Assembly: GCA_046292385.1 (NCBI GenBank)
Contig: JBKBRF010000019.1
Coordinates: 1 to 64,000, forward strand
Direction of reading: 5' to 3'
From: Armatimonadota bacterium
GTDB taxonomy: Bacteria > Armatimonadota > SYMT01
DNA length: 64,000 bases
The translations under genes were made by a program, and so were the position numbers. Positions 28,816-37,768 of this stretch are shown piece by piece (position 1 is the first letter of the stretch; every line of letters begins with the position of its first letter). The notes beneath the pieces are model-generated. The model searched no databases, was not told the DNA's origin, and was given only the letters and a program-made list of their open reading frames with translations.

Positions 28816-29067
28816 TCAGGCTGCGTGCTGCATCGACGTGTCGAGGAGCGAATGCAGCCGCTTTTCATCGAAGCCGACCACCACCTCGTCACCGATCCTG
28901 GTGGCGGGAGTCGACATGACCTGCAGCTTCCGCAGCTCGTCGATCGCGGACGGGTCCTGGCGGATGTCTCGTTCCGTGAACGAGACGCCGTGTCGGGTGA
29001 GGAACTCCTTCACCATCTTGCACGGCGGTCAGCCAGGCTGCGTGAACACGGTTACGTCGCGTGTCAT
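28816..29067 (-). CDS. Glutaredoxin/NrdH-like protein with in-frame UGA, a probable selenoprotein (83 aa, U-P-P-C)
   Basis: SD GGAGG then MTRDVTVFTQPG-[TGA 29031-29029]-PPCKMVKEFL...STPAT...VVGFD; the TGA sits at the first Cys position of CxxC. Confidence 0.85.
28986..29027 (-). promoter_or_regulatory. Putative bacterial SECIS hairpin directly 3' of the UGA
   Basis: mRNA UGA-C-CGCCGUG-CAAGAU-GGUGA-A-GG-AGUU-CC-UCACC-CGA-CACGGCG forms a two-part stem with G in the apical loop. Confidence 0.65.
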
Positions 29068-29134
29068 TCTCGAACCCTCCTCCCTCACATCATTCCCCGG
29101 CGCCCCGCGTCTTACCCGGCGCGGAATCCCACAC

Positions 29135-29332
29135 GAAAGGACCGCCGCGAGATTGCTCCCGCGGCGGTCCGTCTATTAGAACACCCTTCCGGGTGTAACC
29201 AGCTTTCTATGTAGTTGTTCCAGGCCTCCGGGAGGCCAGGCATCTATGCGGTTGTCCGTGTGTTCCGTCCAGTCCCTAACTCACTCGTCATCAGGTTGGG
29301 CTCTTCGCCCCTGCGAGCTCCCCTCGCTTCAT
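29135..29332 (-). ncRNA. Candidate structured small RNA or leader upstream of the glutaredoxin gene
   Basis: -10-like TAGTAT (29342-29337), several hairpins including ACACCC-GGAA-GGGUGU, about 10 GGA motifs, and an 11-bp GC stem (29139-29170) followed by UUU; no convincing ORF. Confidence 0.45.
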
Positions 29333-29391
29333 CCTGATACTACCCGGCCCGAGATCTCTCAAACCTCGCCCGTGCCGGTTCGACTCCACGT

Positions 29392-29510
29392 GGACGTGCC
29401 GGAGCACGGGGGTCGCCAGCGAGCAGGAGCAAGGGTAGGAGCAGGAGCAGGACCTCCCGTGCACGGAGGGTTCGGCTTTAGCCTATTGCCTTTTGACTTT
29501 AGCCTTTTGA
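29392..29510 (-). repeat. Intergenic modular repeat copy A3 (GCTAAAG/TCAAAAG heptamer arm, CCGAACC, CCTGCT core)
   Basis: Reverse complement matches 1945-2034; the arm contains the stop codon of the DUF6807 gene. Confidence 0.8.
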
Positions 29511-30506
29511 AAACTCCCGGTAGAGCGCGGGCAAGTCCGCGGCGGCGGCGGCGCCATCGTGGGCTACCAGGCGGTAGCGCAGCACCAGCGGCTTTCCGGG
29601 CTGGATCGTAACCGGCCCGGCGGCGACGATGCACGGGTTCAGCATGTGGATGCCGCGCACCACGTGCCAGGTGCTGGCGGGGTTGTCCGGGTGGCTCATC
29701 ACCGCGACGCCGTTCACCGTCCCGTCCGGCATCTCGTAGGAGAGGTCGTACCAGCCGGCGGAGGGCCAGTTCGTCTCCGCCTTGTCGAACACCGAGTCAC
29801 GATAGGTTGCCGGTCCGTTCGGTCCCGTGAGAAGCTGCTTGCCACGCGGCTTCGCGCGGTAGCAGAAGCCTCCGAACGGGTTCTGCGCCAGCACCACCGG
29901 CTTCTTGGTCGGCGCGGCGTAGCGCAGCTCGTAATCGATGACGTTGGAGACGCCGACCGTGCGCGCGGTGATCGCCACCGTCTCCCGCAGCACCGGCCGG
30001 TCCTCTGCCAGCCAGTCGTTCTCCGCCCGCAGGGAAGCGCGTCCACGCCCGGCGCGCGTGGAGAGCGCGCGGTTGGAGATGCGGCGTCCGTCCTTCGGAG
30101 CCTTGGCGCCCCAGCCCCACCAGTCGCCGGTCCTTTCGCCCTCCACCTCTACCCAGGCGCTGAAGACGCCGCGGTGATGGGGATGGTCCGCGGGGCCGAC
30201 GTCGGTCACTACGGCGCCGGACGGCGTATGCAGTGGGTGCGTGAAGCAGGTCCCCTCCACCGAAGGGGCGCGCTCGCCTTCCGGGACCTCGCCGGTGACA
30301 TACCGCAGGATCGGCCGCTCGTTCTCGCCGCGCAGCCACGCCAAACGTCCGCTCTGCACCGTCGTGGTCTCCCGGGTCTCGGTCCTCTCTACCCTCCGCC
30401 CGCCGTCCTGTGCCAGCGCGGCGCCGCAGAGCACGGCTGCGCAGCCAATTCCCAGCACGGCGGCCGCCGGGCCTCGCGGGTCTCGAGAGTTGTTCGAATG
30501 TGCCAT
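29499..30506 (-). CDS. Secreted DUF6807 (PmoA-like family) protein
   Basis: Signal peptide; FTHPLHTPSG, DHPHHRGVF, FGGF, SHPDNP and LRYRLVAHDG motifs. Confidence 0.75.
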   Translation of the reverse strand: MAHSNNSRDPRGPAAAVLGIGCAAVLCGAALAQDGGRRVERTETRETTTVQSGRLAWLRGENERPILRYVTGEVPEGERAPSVEGTCFTHPLHTPSGAVVTDVGPADHPHHRGVFSAWVEVEGERTGDWWGWGAKAPKDGRRISNRALSTRAGRGRASLRAENDWLAEDRPVLRETVAITARTVGVSNVIDYELRYAAPTKKPVVLAQNPFGGFCYRAKPRGKQLLTGPNGPATYRDSVFDKAETNWPSAGWYDLSYEMPDGTVNGVAVMSHPDNPASTWHVVRGIHMLNPCIVAAGPVTIQPGKPLVLRYRLVAHDGAAAAADLPALYREFSKG

Positions 30507-30511
30507 TCCCG

Positions 30512-30994
30512 TCAGCTTTCTACGCGATCCGGGCAGCCCGCAGACTGCCCACTCTTGCTCGCACCCATTCGGCACGCTCGACGCGATTCCATCCCCAGCC
30601 ACAGGAGCTGGAGGCCCCGGCGCGCGTCCGCTTCGGTGGCCACGAGCATGCTCACCCAGCCGGAGCGCGGAAAGGTGTGGTGCGGCAGCGCCTCGCCGGA
30701 GCCGACCACCGCGTCCCGCGTCTCCCGATCCAGATACACGTCCAACACCCCGTTTCCGTGGATGTGACCCAATTCCCGCCCGTGAAGATCGAACTGCGTA
30801 CCCCCGAACCGGTGGCAGGTGAGCCGGACGCCCGGCCAGTTGCTCACAGAATCGATCACCCGCGCGACCGCCCGGAACCGCCGCGGAGCGCACAGGGCGT
30901 AGATCAGAGTCAGCAGCGCGTCAAAGAGGTGCGGCAGCAGCGGCACCCGCTTGAGTGCGCCGAGGTGCTTCGCCAGGATTCGCAGCAGCTCCAT
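30512..30994 (-). CDS. DUF5519 (luciferase-like domain) protein
   Basis: HRFGG..F...GRELGHIHGNG.LD and PHH...SGWV motifs. Confidence 0.75.
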   Translation of the reverse strand: MELLRILAKHLGALKRVPLLPHLFDALLTLIYALCAPRRFRAVARVIDSVSNWPGVRLTCHRFGGTQFDLHGRELGHIHGNGVLDVYLDRETRDAVVGSGEALPHHTFPRSGWVSMLVATEADARRGLQLLWLGMESRRACRMGASKSGQSAGCPDRVES

Positions 30995-31922
30995 CTCCCG
31001 CCTCCGCCAGCCGCTTCAGGTGGCCCATGACGCTCCAGTGGACCTCTCGCCCGATCCGCTCCGCCCACCGGTCGTAGTACCACGCCGGATAGACGTGCAG
31101 CCGGTACCAGGTCGTACCGGTCAGCGTGGTCGTGCCGTCGCCGTTGTCGTGCAGCCGTAACTCGCCCCTGGTCACGTCCAGGTGACCCATGATCTCCGGG
31201 TGGCGCGGCTGCCCCACCACCTCGAACGCCATCCGGCGGTTGGGCTCCAGGGCGGTGATCCGCTCGTCCAGGGTGTACCCGCCCTCGAAGATGCAGAGCC
31301 GCCGCGCGCCGACGCGGTGGGCTTCCGCCGTGGTGCGGACCGGACGCGGCAGCCCGAGCCGGAACAGCCAGAAGCTCGAGCGCGGCTCGATCGTCGGGAC
31401 CTCCACCACGTGCCGCCACACCGCCTCCGGGCGAGCGCGCACCACCAGCCGGTCGGTCACCGCGTTTTCGTGGTGGCGCGGCAGGCGGGCGTCGACCCAG
31501 ATCAGGACCAGCACGACCGGCACCACACACACCCGCAGCGGCCCCGGGCCGCGGAAGGCGTAGCGTCCGAGCAGCGCGCCCGCGAGGATGAAGGCGGCGA
31601 TCAGCGGGCTGACGATCACCAGGCAGATCACGCCCTCCCGCATCGTAAAGTAGCTCGCCACCAGCGCCAGGAACGTGTTCACCAGCGAGTAGGCGACGTA
31701 TTCTCCGGTACCGAGGCCGAGCCGCGCCCAGAACCCCGCGCTGACGAACCCCATCAGCAGCGGGATGAAGATAAACGCCGAGAGGGTGAAGGTCCCGCTG
31801 GCGAACGTCGCCTGGGTCATCAGGTAGGTCGTCAGCTGCAAGAGCAGCCAGCCGACCAGCGGAGGCACCACGAAGCCTCCCAGGAGCGCGCCGCGCCGCC
31901 ACGTACTCCGCTCTCGAGCCAT
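30921..31922 (-). CDS. Membrane protein with C-terminal SRPBCC/START-like domain
   Basis: About 5 N-terminal TM helices with EGVICL motif; VRARPEAVW, FRLGLPRP and TTLTGTTWY motifs. Confidence 0.75.
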   Translation of the reverse strand: MARERSTWRRGALLGGFVVPPLVGWLLLQLTTYLMTQATFASGTFTLSAFIFIPLLMGFVSAGFWARLGLGTGEYVAYSLVNTFLALVASYFTMREGVICLVIVSPLIAAFILAGALLGRYAFRGPGPLRVCVVPVVLVLIWVDARLPRHHENAVTDRLVVRARPEAVWRHVVEVPTIEPRSSFWLFRLGLPRPVRTTAEAHRVGARRLCIFEGGYTLDERITALEPNRRMAFEVVGQPRHPEIMGHLDVTRGELRLHDNGDGTTTLTGTTWYRLHVYPAWYYDRWAERIGREVHWSVMGHLKRLAEAGDGAAANPGEAPRRTQAGAAAAAPL

Positions 31923-31999
31923 CTCGCCCTCCGCCGTTCCGAATGGAATGCCACCACGGAATTGTAATGCGGTGAGGGCTCGTTCGCTCGCCGGGTGCG

Positions 32000-32170
32000 C
32001 TACCGATCGGGGAAGACGAAGTGCCGGAGCGCCAACGCCGCGAGAATCGCGGCGGCAATCAGGAGCATCGGCCAGCCGGTGCCGGAGCCCCACTCCGTCA
32101 CGCCGAGGATCACCAGCAGCGTGGCGGCGGCGAGCGCGGCGACCGTTCGAATGAGCCGAAAACGTGACAT
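32000..32170 (-). CDS. Small two-TM membrane protein (56 aa)
   Basis: Manual translation MSRFRLIRTVAALAAATLLVILGVTEWGSGTGWPMLLIAAAILAALALRHFVFPDR; co-oriented with neighbours. Confidence 0.6.
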   Translation of the reverse strand: MSRFRLIRTVAALAAATLLVILGVTEWGSGTGWPMLLIAAAILAALALRHFVFPDR

Positions 32171-32224
32171 GCGATGGAAACCGGTGGAAGCGGGGTGTTC
32201 ACCCGAACGTTAGCCGCGGCGGCG

Positions 32225-32845
32225 TCATGCCGTCAATAGCGTCGCGCGCCCAGGAGCCCGGTTGGGCCACTCCCGCTTGAGCAGTGCGAAGAGCAGCGAG
32301 TCCCGCCATTCGCCCCGGCGCAGGCGGTGTTCGAGCAGGTAACCCTCTCGCCTCATGCCGAGCTTCTCCAGCACCCGGGCAGAGCCGTGGTTCTCCGGAT
32401 CGCAGGTAGCCCAGACCCGGTGGAGCTTCAGCGTTCCGAACGCCAGATCCAGGAGAGCCTCCGCAGCTTCTACCGCATACCCCTGTCCCCAGGCATCACG
32501 CGCCAGGCAGTAGCCGATCTCCGCTTGTCGGCTTCCGGTGTCCGGCCGCATCAGCGCGGCGCTCCCGAACGGGCGATCCTCGCCGCGCCGGGTGATCGCC
32601 AGGGCGTACGTCGAACGCGGATGAGCGGTCTGGCTTTCGATCACCCGCGCCAGGAACTCGACCGTGTCCGACTCGGTGTTCGGCCCCCAGTCGAGCCATT
32701 GGCAGACTTCCGGATCCGAGCCGTAGACGTGTACCGCCTCCCGGTCCTCCGGGCTGAAGTCGCGCAGCAGCAGCCGAGGCGTCTGCAGTGGAAGAACTTC
32801 CATGGGCGCAGACCGGCGCGGTCGCACCCGCCATTCAACGTTCAC
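32225..32845 (-). CDS. GNAT N-acetyltransferase, RimJ/RimL family
   Basis: TPRLLLR, EIGYCL..WGQGYA and N.GSARVLEKLGMRREG motifs. Confidence 0.9.
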   Translation of the reverse strand: MNVEWRVRPRRSAPMEVLPLQTPRLLLRDFSPEDREAVHVYGSDPEVCQWLDWGPNTESDTVEFLARVIESQTAHPRSTYALAITRRGEDRPFGSAALMRPDTGSRQAEIGYCLARDAWGQGYAVEAAEALLDLAFGTLKLHRVWATCDPENHGSARVLEKLGMRREGYLLEHRLRRGEWRDSLLFALLKREWPNRAPGRATLLTA

Positions 32846-32951
32846 CGGCTCCCTCCGTGTCGTCCCACTACCACTTTATACGTGGTACAGGCGAGACCCC
32901 TCCGGCAGGATGGCCGGAGGGGTCTGGCTGCTGAGATCTGCGAGGGGTCGC

Positions 32952-33893
<942 letters not shown>

Positions 33894-34106
33894 CGGGGCG
33901 TCTCCCTTGGCGACGAAGCGCCGGTCGGTCACTCAAAGTGGCACCTGGTATTGGTGTCCATCTTGGGGGACCCACCTTAAGGGAGCCTCAGCGTTCGCTC
34001 ATCGCGCGCTTAACGGAAGCTGAAACTGAGGTGCGGAGACCGGTTTACCGACCGCGCGAGCCGTTCGCCCGGCTTGCCAGGCTCACGCGGTCGGGCTGCC
34101 TGCTGG

Positions 34107-35534
34107 CTACTTGACGGCGCGGAGGAAGAGGTTGAGGCCGGAGGGGGTGGGGGCCACTTCCGCGTCCGTCTGGTTGAACGGGCTGCGGGTGATCACGTCC
34201 TGCAGGTCGCGCGGGCTGTGCCGGCGGGGGCGCCAGTCGAGCAGCGTCTCCATCAGGAGCCAGTCCGGGACCGCCTCGCCGAAGACGACCATCAGCACGG
34301 AGCCATGCGCGTGCATCCAGCGGTGCGCCGTGTACAGGATCCGGCCGAGAGCGGCCTGGTCGGCGTTGTCCGCCGTGTAGAGGCTGGCGACCAGGTCGTA
34401 CCCGCCGTAGCCCTCCGCGTCGGGCCGGAGCTCGGTGGGGGAGCCGTGGCGAAACGTGATGTCGCCGCGAGGTGCCCGGCCCTTCAGGAGGTTGTTGGCG
34501 TGGACCAGCGCTTCCTGGTCGTCGTCCACGCACATCACGGAGATCTTCTCCGCCATCCCCGGCTCTTCCAGCAGGTCGGCCAGGGAGCGCGCCGGGCCGC
34601 AGCCGAGCGAGAGGATGCGAACCATGCGGTCGGGACGGGCGCGGTCGAGCACCTCCCGGATCACCCGCTCGTTAGCCGCCGTGCGCCGCTCCCGGATCGC
34701 TTCCGCGAACGGCCGCGTGAGCAGCCAGGCGTCGGTCAGCAGTCCCAGCGTGTCGTCGCCCTCCGGCACGTTCCGGTAGATGTGGTTGAAGCCGCGATAG
34801 CCGGCGGCGCGGTTGGTGGGGCGGGCGTTCATCCACTCCACCAGGCGGCTGCGGCCGGCCAGCTCCATCAGCTCCCGCCGGGCGAGGTCGACCAGCTGGG
34901 AGCGATCGACCGCCGGGGCGTTCTCCAGCAGCCCCGCCAGGGCGCGCAGCACGGGGCGGTAGGCGGTGGCGACCGCCGGAATCCGCTCTCGCGCCCAGAA
35001 CGACTGGCCCTCTTCCGGCGCGTCGCCCAGCTTCTCCAGGGCGGCGCGCGCCTCGCTGCACGCGGCGGAGAGCTGCTGGAGAGCGGTCGGCTGCGTGCGG
35101 GCTTCCGCGCTCTCCGGGAGCGCTCCCGCGCCGACCGGCACGTCCGCGTTCCGCGCGGCCACCGCCGCCGCCAGGGCGCGCGTCAGGCGCGCGGCAACCG
35201 TCGGCTCCGTCTCCGTCAACCAGTCGAGGTCCGCGGGGGTGGCGGTAAGCAGGATCACGTTGTCGAGCGCGATCACGGAGTGGGGGCTGATCCGGGAGCG
35301 GATCAGGCTGGTGCTGCCGATCACCTGCCCCCGCCGCAGGAACTTCGGACCCTCCGGCGCCTCCACCTGCAGGGCGCCCTCTTCCACGATGTAGAAGCGG
35401 TCGACGCTCTCCCCGGCCGCCACCACCACGTCGCCGCGCTCGTAGGGCCGGCGGAAGCCCATGTTCAGGAGCAGGTCCAGATCTTCCGGCCGGAAGAGCC
35501 GGAGCACGCTATCGGCCAGTACGCTGCCATCCAT
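34107..35534 (-). CDS. cNMP-binding-like domain fused to class I SAM methyltransferase (PhcB-like architecture)
   Basis: N-terminal GDVVV..GE..DRFYIVEEG.LQV cNMP fold; RILSLGCGPAR SAM motif; AGY..FNHIY.N...G motif. Confidence 0.75.
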   Translation of the reverse strand: MDGSVLADSVLRLFRPEDLDLLLNMGFRRPYERGDVVVAAGESVDRFYIVEEGALQVEAPEGPKFLRRGQVIGSTSLIRSRISPHSVIALDNVILLTATPADLDWLTETEPTVAARLTRALAAAVAARNADVPVGAGALPESAEARTQPTALQQLSAACSEARAALEKLGDAPEEGQSFWARERIPAVATAYRPVLRALAGLLENAPAVDRSQLVDLARRELMELAGRSRLVEWMNARPTNRAAGYRGFNHIYRNVPEGDDTLGLLTDAWLLTRPFAEAIRERRTAANERVIREVLDRARPDRMVRILSLGCGPARSLADLLEEPGMAEKISVMCVDDDQEALVHANNLLKGRAPRGDITFRHGSPTELRPDAEGYGGYDLVASLYTADNADQAALGRILYTAHRWMHAHGSVLMVVFGEAVPDWLLMETLLDWRPRRHSPRDLQDVITRSPFNQTDAEVAPTPSGLNLFLRAVK

Positions 35535-35791
35535 CCGCAAAAATCCCCCTTGGCGAAATCATACCGTGGGCAAGACGGAAGAAGAAAGAAGGGAGAAGAA
35601 AGAACCGGTCATCGCCCGGCTTCTCCCGTCCACGACGCGCGCCGTCTCGCTCGATGTCGGAGCGCAGTGATGAGGCCTTACTGAATAGGTGAGTAGCCAG
35701 GCGGAGCATCCGAGGGGCCGCGAGGCATTGAAATACCTCGCTGAACGGCCTGCGGCCAAGCGTCCTCCGGACGCGCAAACCGGGCCTTCTC

Positions 35792-35841
35792 AGTCCGCGG
35801 AGGCGGACTTCGTGCCGTGGTTGCCGCGGTTTCAACCGCCC
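35792..35841. repeat. REP-like double-hairpin element
   Basis: AGTCCGC-GGAG-GCGGACT plus GCGGT-TTCA-ACCGC; single copy in the window. Confidence 0.45.
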
Positions 35842-35922
35842 GGTGGCTACAGGTAGCGGACTACCGTCCCCGGCTGCAGCTCTTCTTTCCTCTTTCCTCT
35901 CCCATCTACCAGTCTTGAACCG

Positions 35923-35951
35923 TTGACTGAGGGCCGCCTGGCTGCTACGAT
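35923..35951 (+). promoter_or_regulatory. Sigma70 promoter driving the mgtE leader
   Basis: TTGACT (35923-35928), 17 bp spacer, TACGAT (35946-35951). Confidence 0.75.
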
Positions 35952-35956
35952 TTGGA

Positions 35957-36229
35957 GGAGATTGGACAACTGCTGGCTTGCGGACCCGTCTGTCTGCCAA
36001 TTGGGGCGACAGTGGAAGCGGGGCTGCGGCGGGCTGATCGCGGCGCCGGTCGATCCGGCTTACCGTCCAGCCAGTGCCACCAGCGGTAAGGGATCCAACG
36101 TGGACGCTGAAAGTACCCACAGGTACTCCAACAACCGGCGCGTCAGCGGGACGAGCGGGGTAGTGGCAGCGCGGGCGTAACTTTACGCCCGTCTAGCGTT
36201 CACGCCCCGAGCTTCGGGGCTTTTTCTTT
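35957..36229 (+). ncRNA. Structured 5' leader of mgtE, candidate riboswitch/attenuator
   Basis: Nested helices 36033-36050/36134-36147, 36052-36065/36084-36095, 36112-36127 and 36171-36192, ending in an intrinsic terminator 80 bp before mgtE. Confidence 0.6.
36204..36229 (+). terminator. Intrinsic terminator within the mgtE leader
   Basis: GCCCCGA-GCT-TCGGGGC followed by TTTTTCTTT. Confidence 0.85.
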
Positions 36230-36308
36230 GTACGGCTCCATCTTCCGCTCCGCGCCAGGGTTCGGGCCCGCGGGCTCGAACCGGTAAGCCCGGATCGGGA
36301 GGTGAAGC

Positions 36309-37679
36309 ATGACCTTCGCGTTGCCTGCCGCGCCCTCCGTGGAGGTGCGTGAGCTGCTGGAGCGGGACGGCCCGCAGGCCGTGGCGCTGCAGCTTCTCAC
36401 GCTGCACCCGGTGGAGACGACGGAAGCGCTGGAGACGCTCGATCACGACGAGCGCTTCCGCGTAGTGAGCGCGCTCCCCATCAATATCGCGGCGCAGGTG
36501 CTGCTGAACGCGGACTCCGAGTTCCGCTCCGGCTTGCTGGAGCGGCTCTCCGCGGAGAGCCTGGCACAGATTCTCGATCGTCTCCCGATCGAGCACGCCA
36601 CGCAGATTCTGGAGCAGCTCGGCGACGACCGCCAGACGGAGGTGCTCGCCGCCGCTTCGCCGGAGGACGCCGCCCAGATGGAGGCGATCCGGCGGTGTCC
36701 GCCCTCCAGCATTGGCCGGCTGATGGTGCGCCAGGTCCCCCGCATCCGGGGCGGAATGACCGTGGCGGACACGTTCCGCTACCTGCGCCGTGTCTCCGCG
36801 GACCTGGAGACGATCAACAACCTGTACGTGCTCGACTCCACCGACCGCCTCGCCGGCGTGATCGCCCTGGGCGAGCTGGTGCTGGCCGACCCGCAGGCCC
36901 GGATCCAGGACCTGATGCAGTCCCGCGTGGTGATGGTGACCCCGGAGACCGACCGGGAAGTCGCCGCGAACCTGATCAGCCGCTACAACTTCCTGGCGCT
37001 CCCGGTGGTGGATGAGCAGAAGCGGCTGATGGGCGTGGTGACGGTCGACGACCTGGTCGACGTGCTGATCCAGGAAGGCACCGAGGACGTCCTCCGCCTC
37101 GGCGCGGTGGCGGGCGGGGACGACGCCGAGGGCCACACTTCCTACTGGGCGGGCCGCATCACCAGCGCGGTGAAGAAGCGGCTCGGCTGGCTGGTGCTGC
37201 TCTTCCTGGCCGGCTCCCTCACCAGCCAGGTGCTGCACATGTTCCAGGCGCCGCTGGAAAAGGTGGTCGCACTCTCCTTCTTCATCCCGCTGCTCATCGG
37301 CACCGGCGGCAACGCCGGCTCGCAGACCGTTATGACGGTGGTGCGCGGCCTCGCCCTGGCGGAGATCCGCCCGCGCGACGCGGGGCGAGTGCTGATGCGG
37401 GAAGCGCTCACCGGCCTGCTGCTGGGACTGATCCTCGGGATCCTCGCGTTCGCCGGCAGCGCGCTCTTTACCGGCGACGCCGGGATCGGGCTCGTCCTCG
37501 GCCTGGCGGTAGTGGCGGTCTGCGCCTGGAGCACCTGCGTCGGCGCCCTGGTCCCGATCACGGCGCACTTTCTGAAGGTCGACCCCACCGTCGCCAGCGC
37601 GCCGTTCATTAGCACGCTGGTCGACGCCACCGGGCTGATCCTCTACTTCATGATCGCGCGGCTGGTCCTGGGGATTTGA
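36309..37679 (+). CDS. mgtE: Magnesium transporter MgtE
   Basis: N-terminal helical domain, two CBS domains, IPLLIGTGGNAGSQ and DPTVASAPFISTLVD motifs. Confidence 0.95.
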   Translation: MTFALPAAPSVEVRELLERDGPQAVALQLLTLHPVETTEALETLDHDERFRVVSALPINIAAQVLLNADSEFRSGLLERLSAESLAQILDRLPIEHATQILEQLGDDRQTEVLAAASPEDAAQMEAIRRCPPSSIGRLMVRQVPRIRGGMTVADTFRYLRRVSADLETINNLYVLDSTDRLAGVIALGELVLADPQARIQDLMQSRVVMVTPETDREVAANLISRYNFLALPVVDEQKRLMGVVTVDDLVDVLIQEGTEDVLRLGAVAGGDDAEGHTSYWAGRITSAVKKRLGWLVLLFLAGSLTSQVLHMFQAPLEKVVALSFFIPLLIGTGGNAGSQTVMTVVRGLALAEIRPRDAGRVLMREALTGLLLGLILGILAFAGSALFTGDAGIGLVLGLAVVAVCAWSTCVGALVPITAHFLKVDPTVASAPFISTLVDATGLILYFMIARLVLGI

Positions 37680-37768
37680 TCGGAGCCGGAGGCCTTGCCC
37701 TCCGCCGGAAAGAACTGTGAGGGGAGCGAGGCGGTATCTCGCTCCCGTTTTCTTTGGCTGCGATCCAG

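Noticed and set aside
29270..29300. CUGAUGA on the minus strand suggesting a hammerhead ribozyme
   Set aside because: No stem II followed by GAAA and no cleavage-site helix in the required arrangement
35923..36180. 85-aa ORF in the mgtE leader as a leader peptide
   Set aside because: Its start lies in the -35 box, codon usage is atypical, and the nearby GGAGGAG is too close to the only alternative TTG
36157..36197. T-box antiterminator-like bulge (UGGCAGC) in the mgtE leader
   Set aside because: Deviates from UGGNACC, the flanking helix is weak, no stem I specifier elements were seen, and the downstream gene is not amino-acid related
35957..36229. RNase P, SRP, tmRNA or c-di-AMP riboswitch identity for the leader
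   Set aside because: Hallmark motifs (GAGGAAAGUCC, GGAAGGAAGCAG, tRNA-like ends, ydaO motif order) are absent
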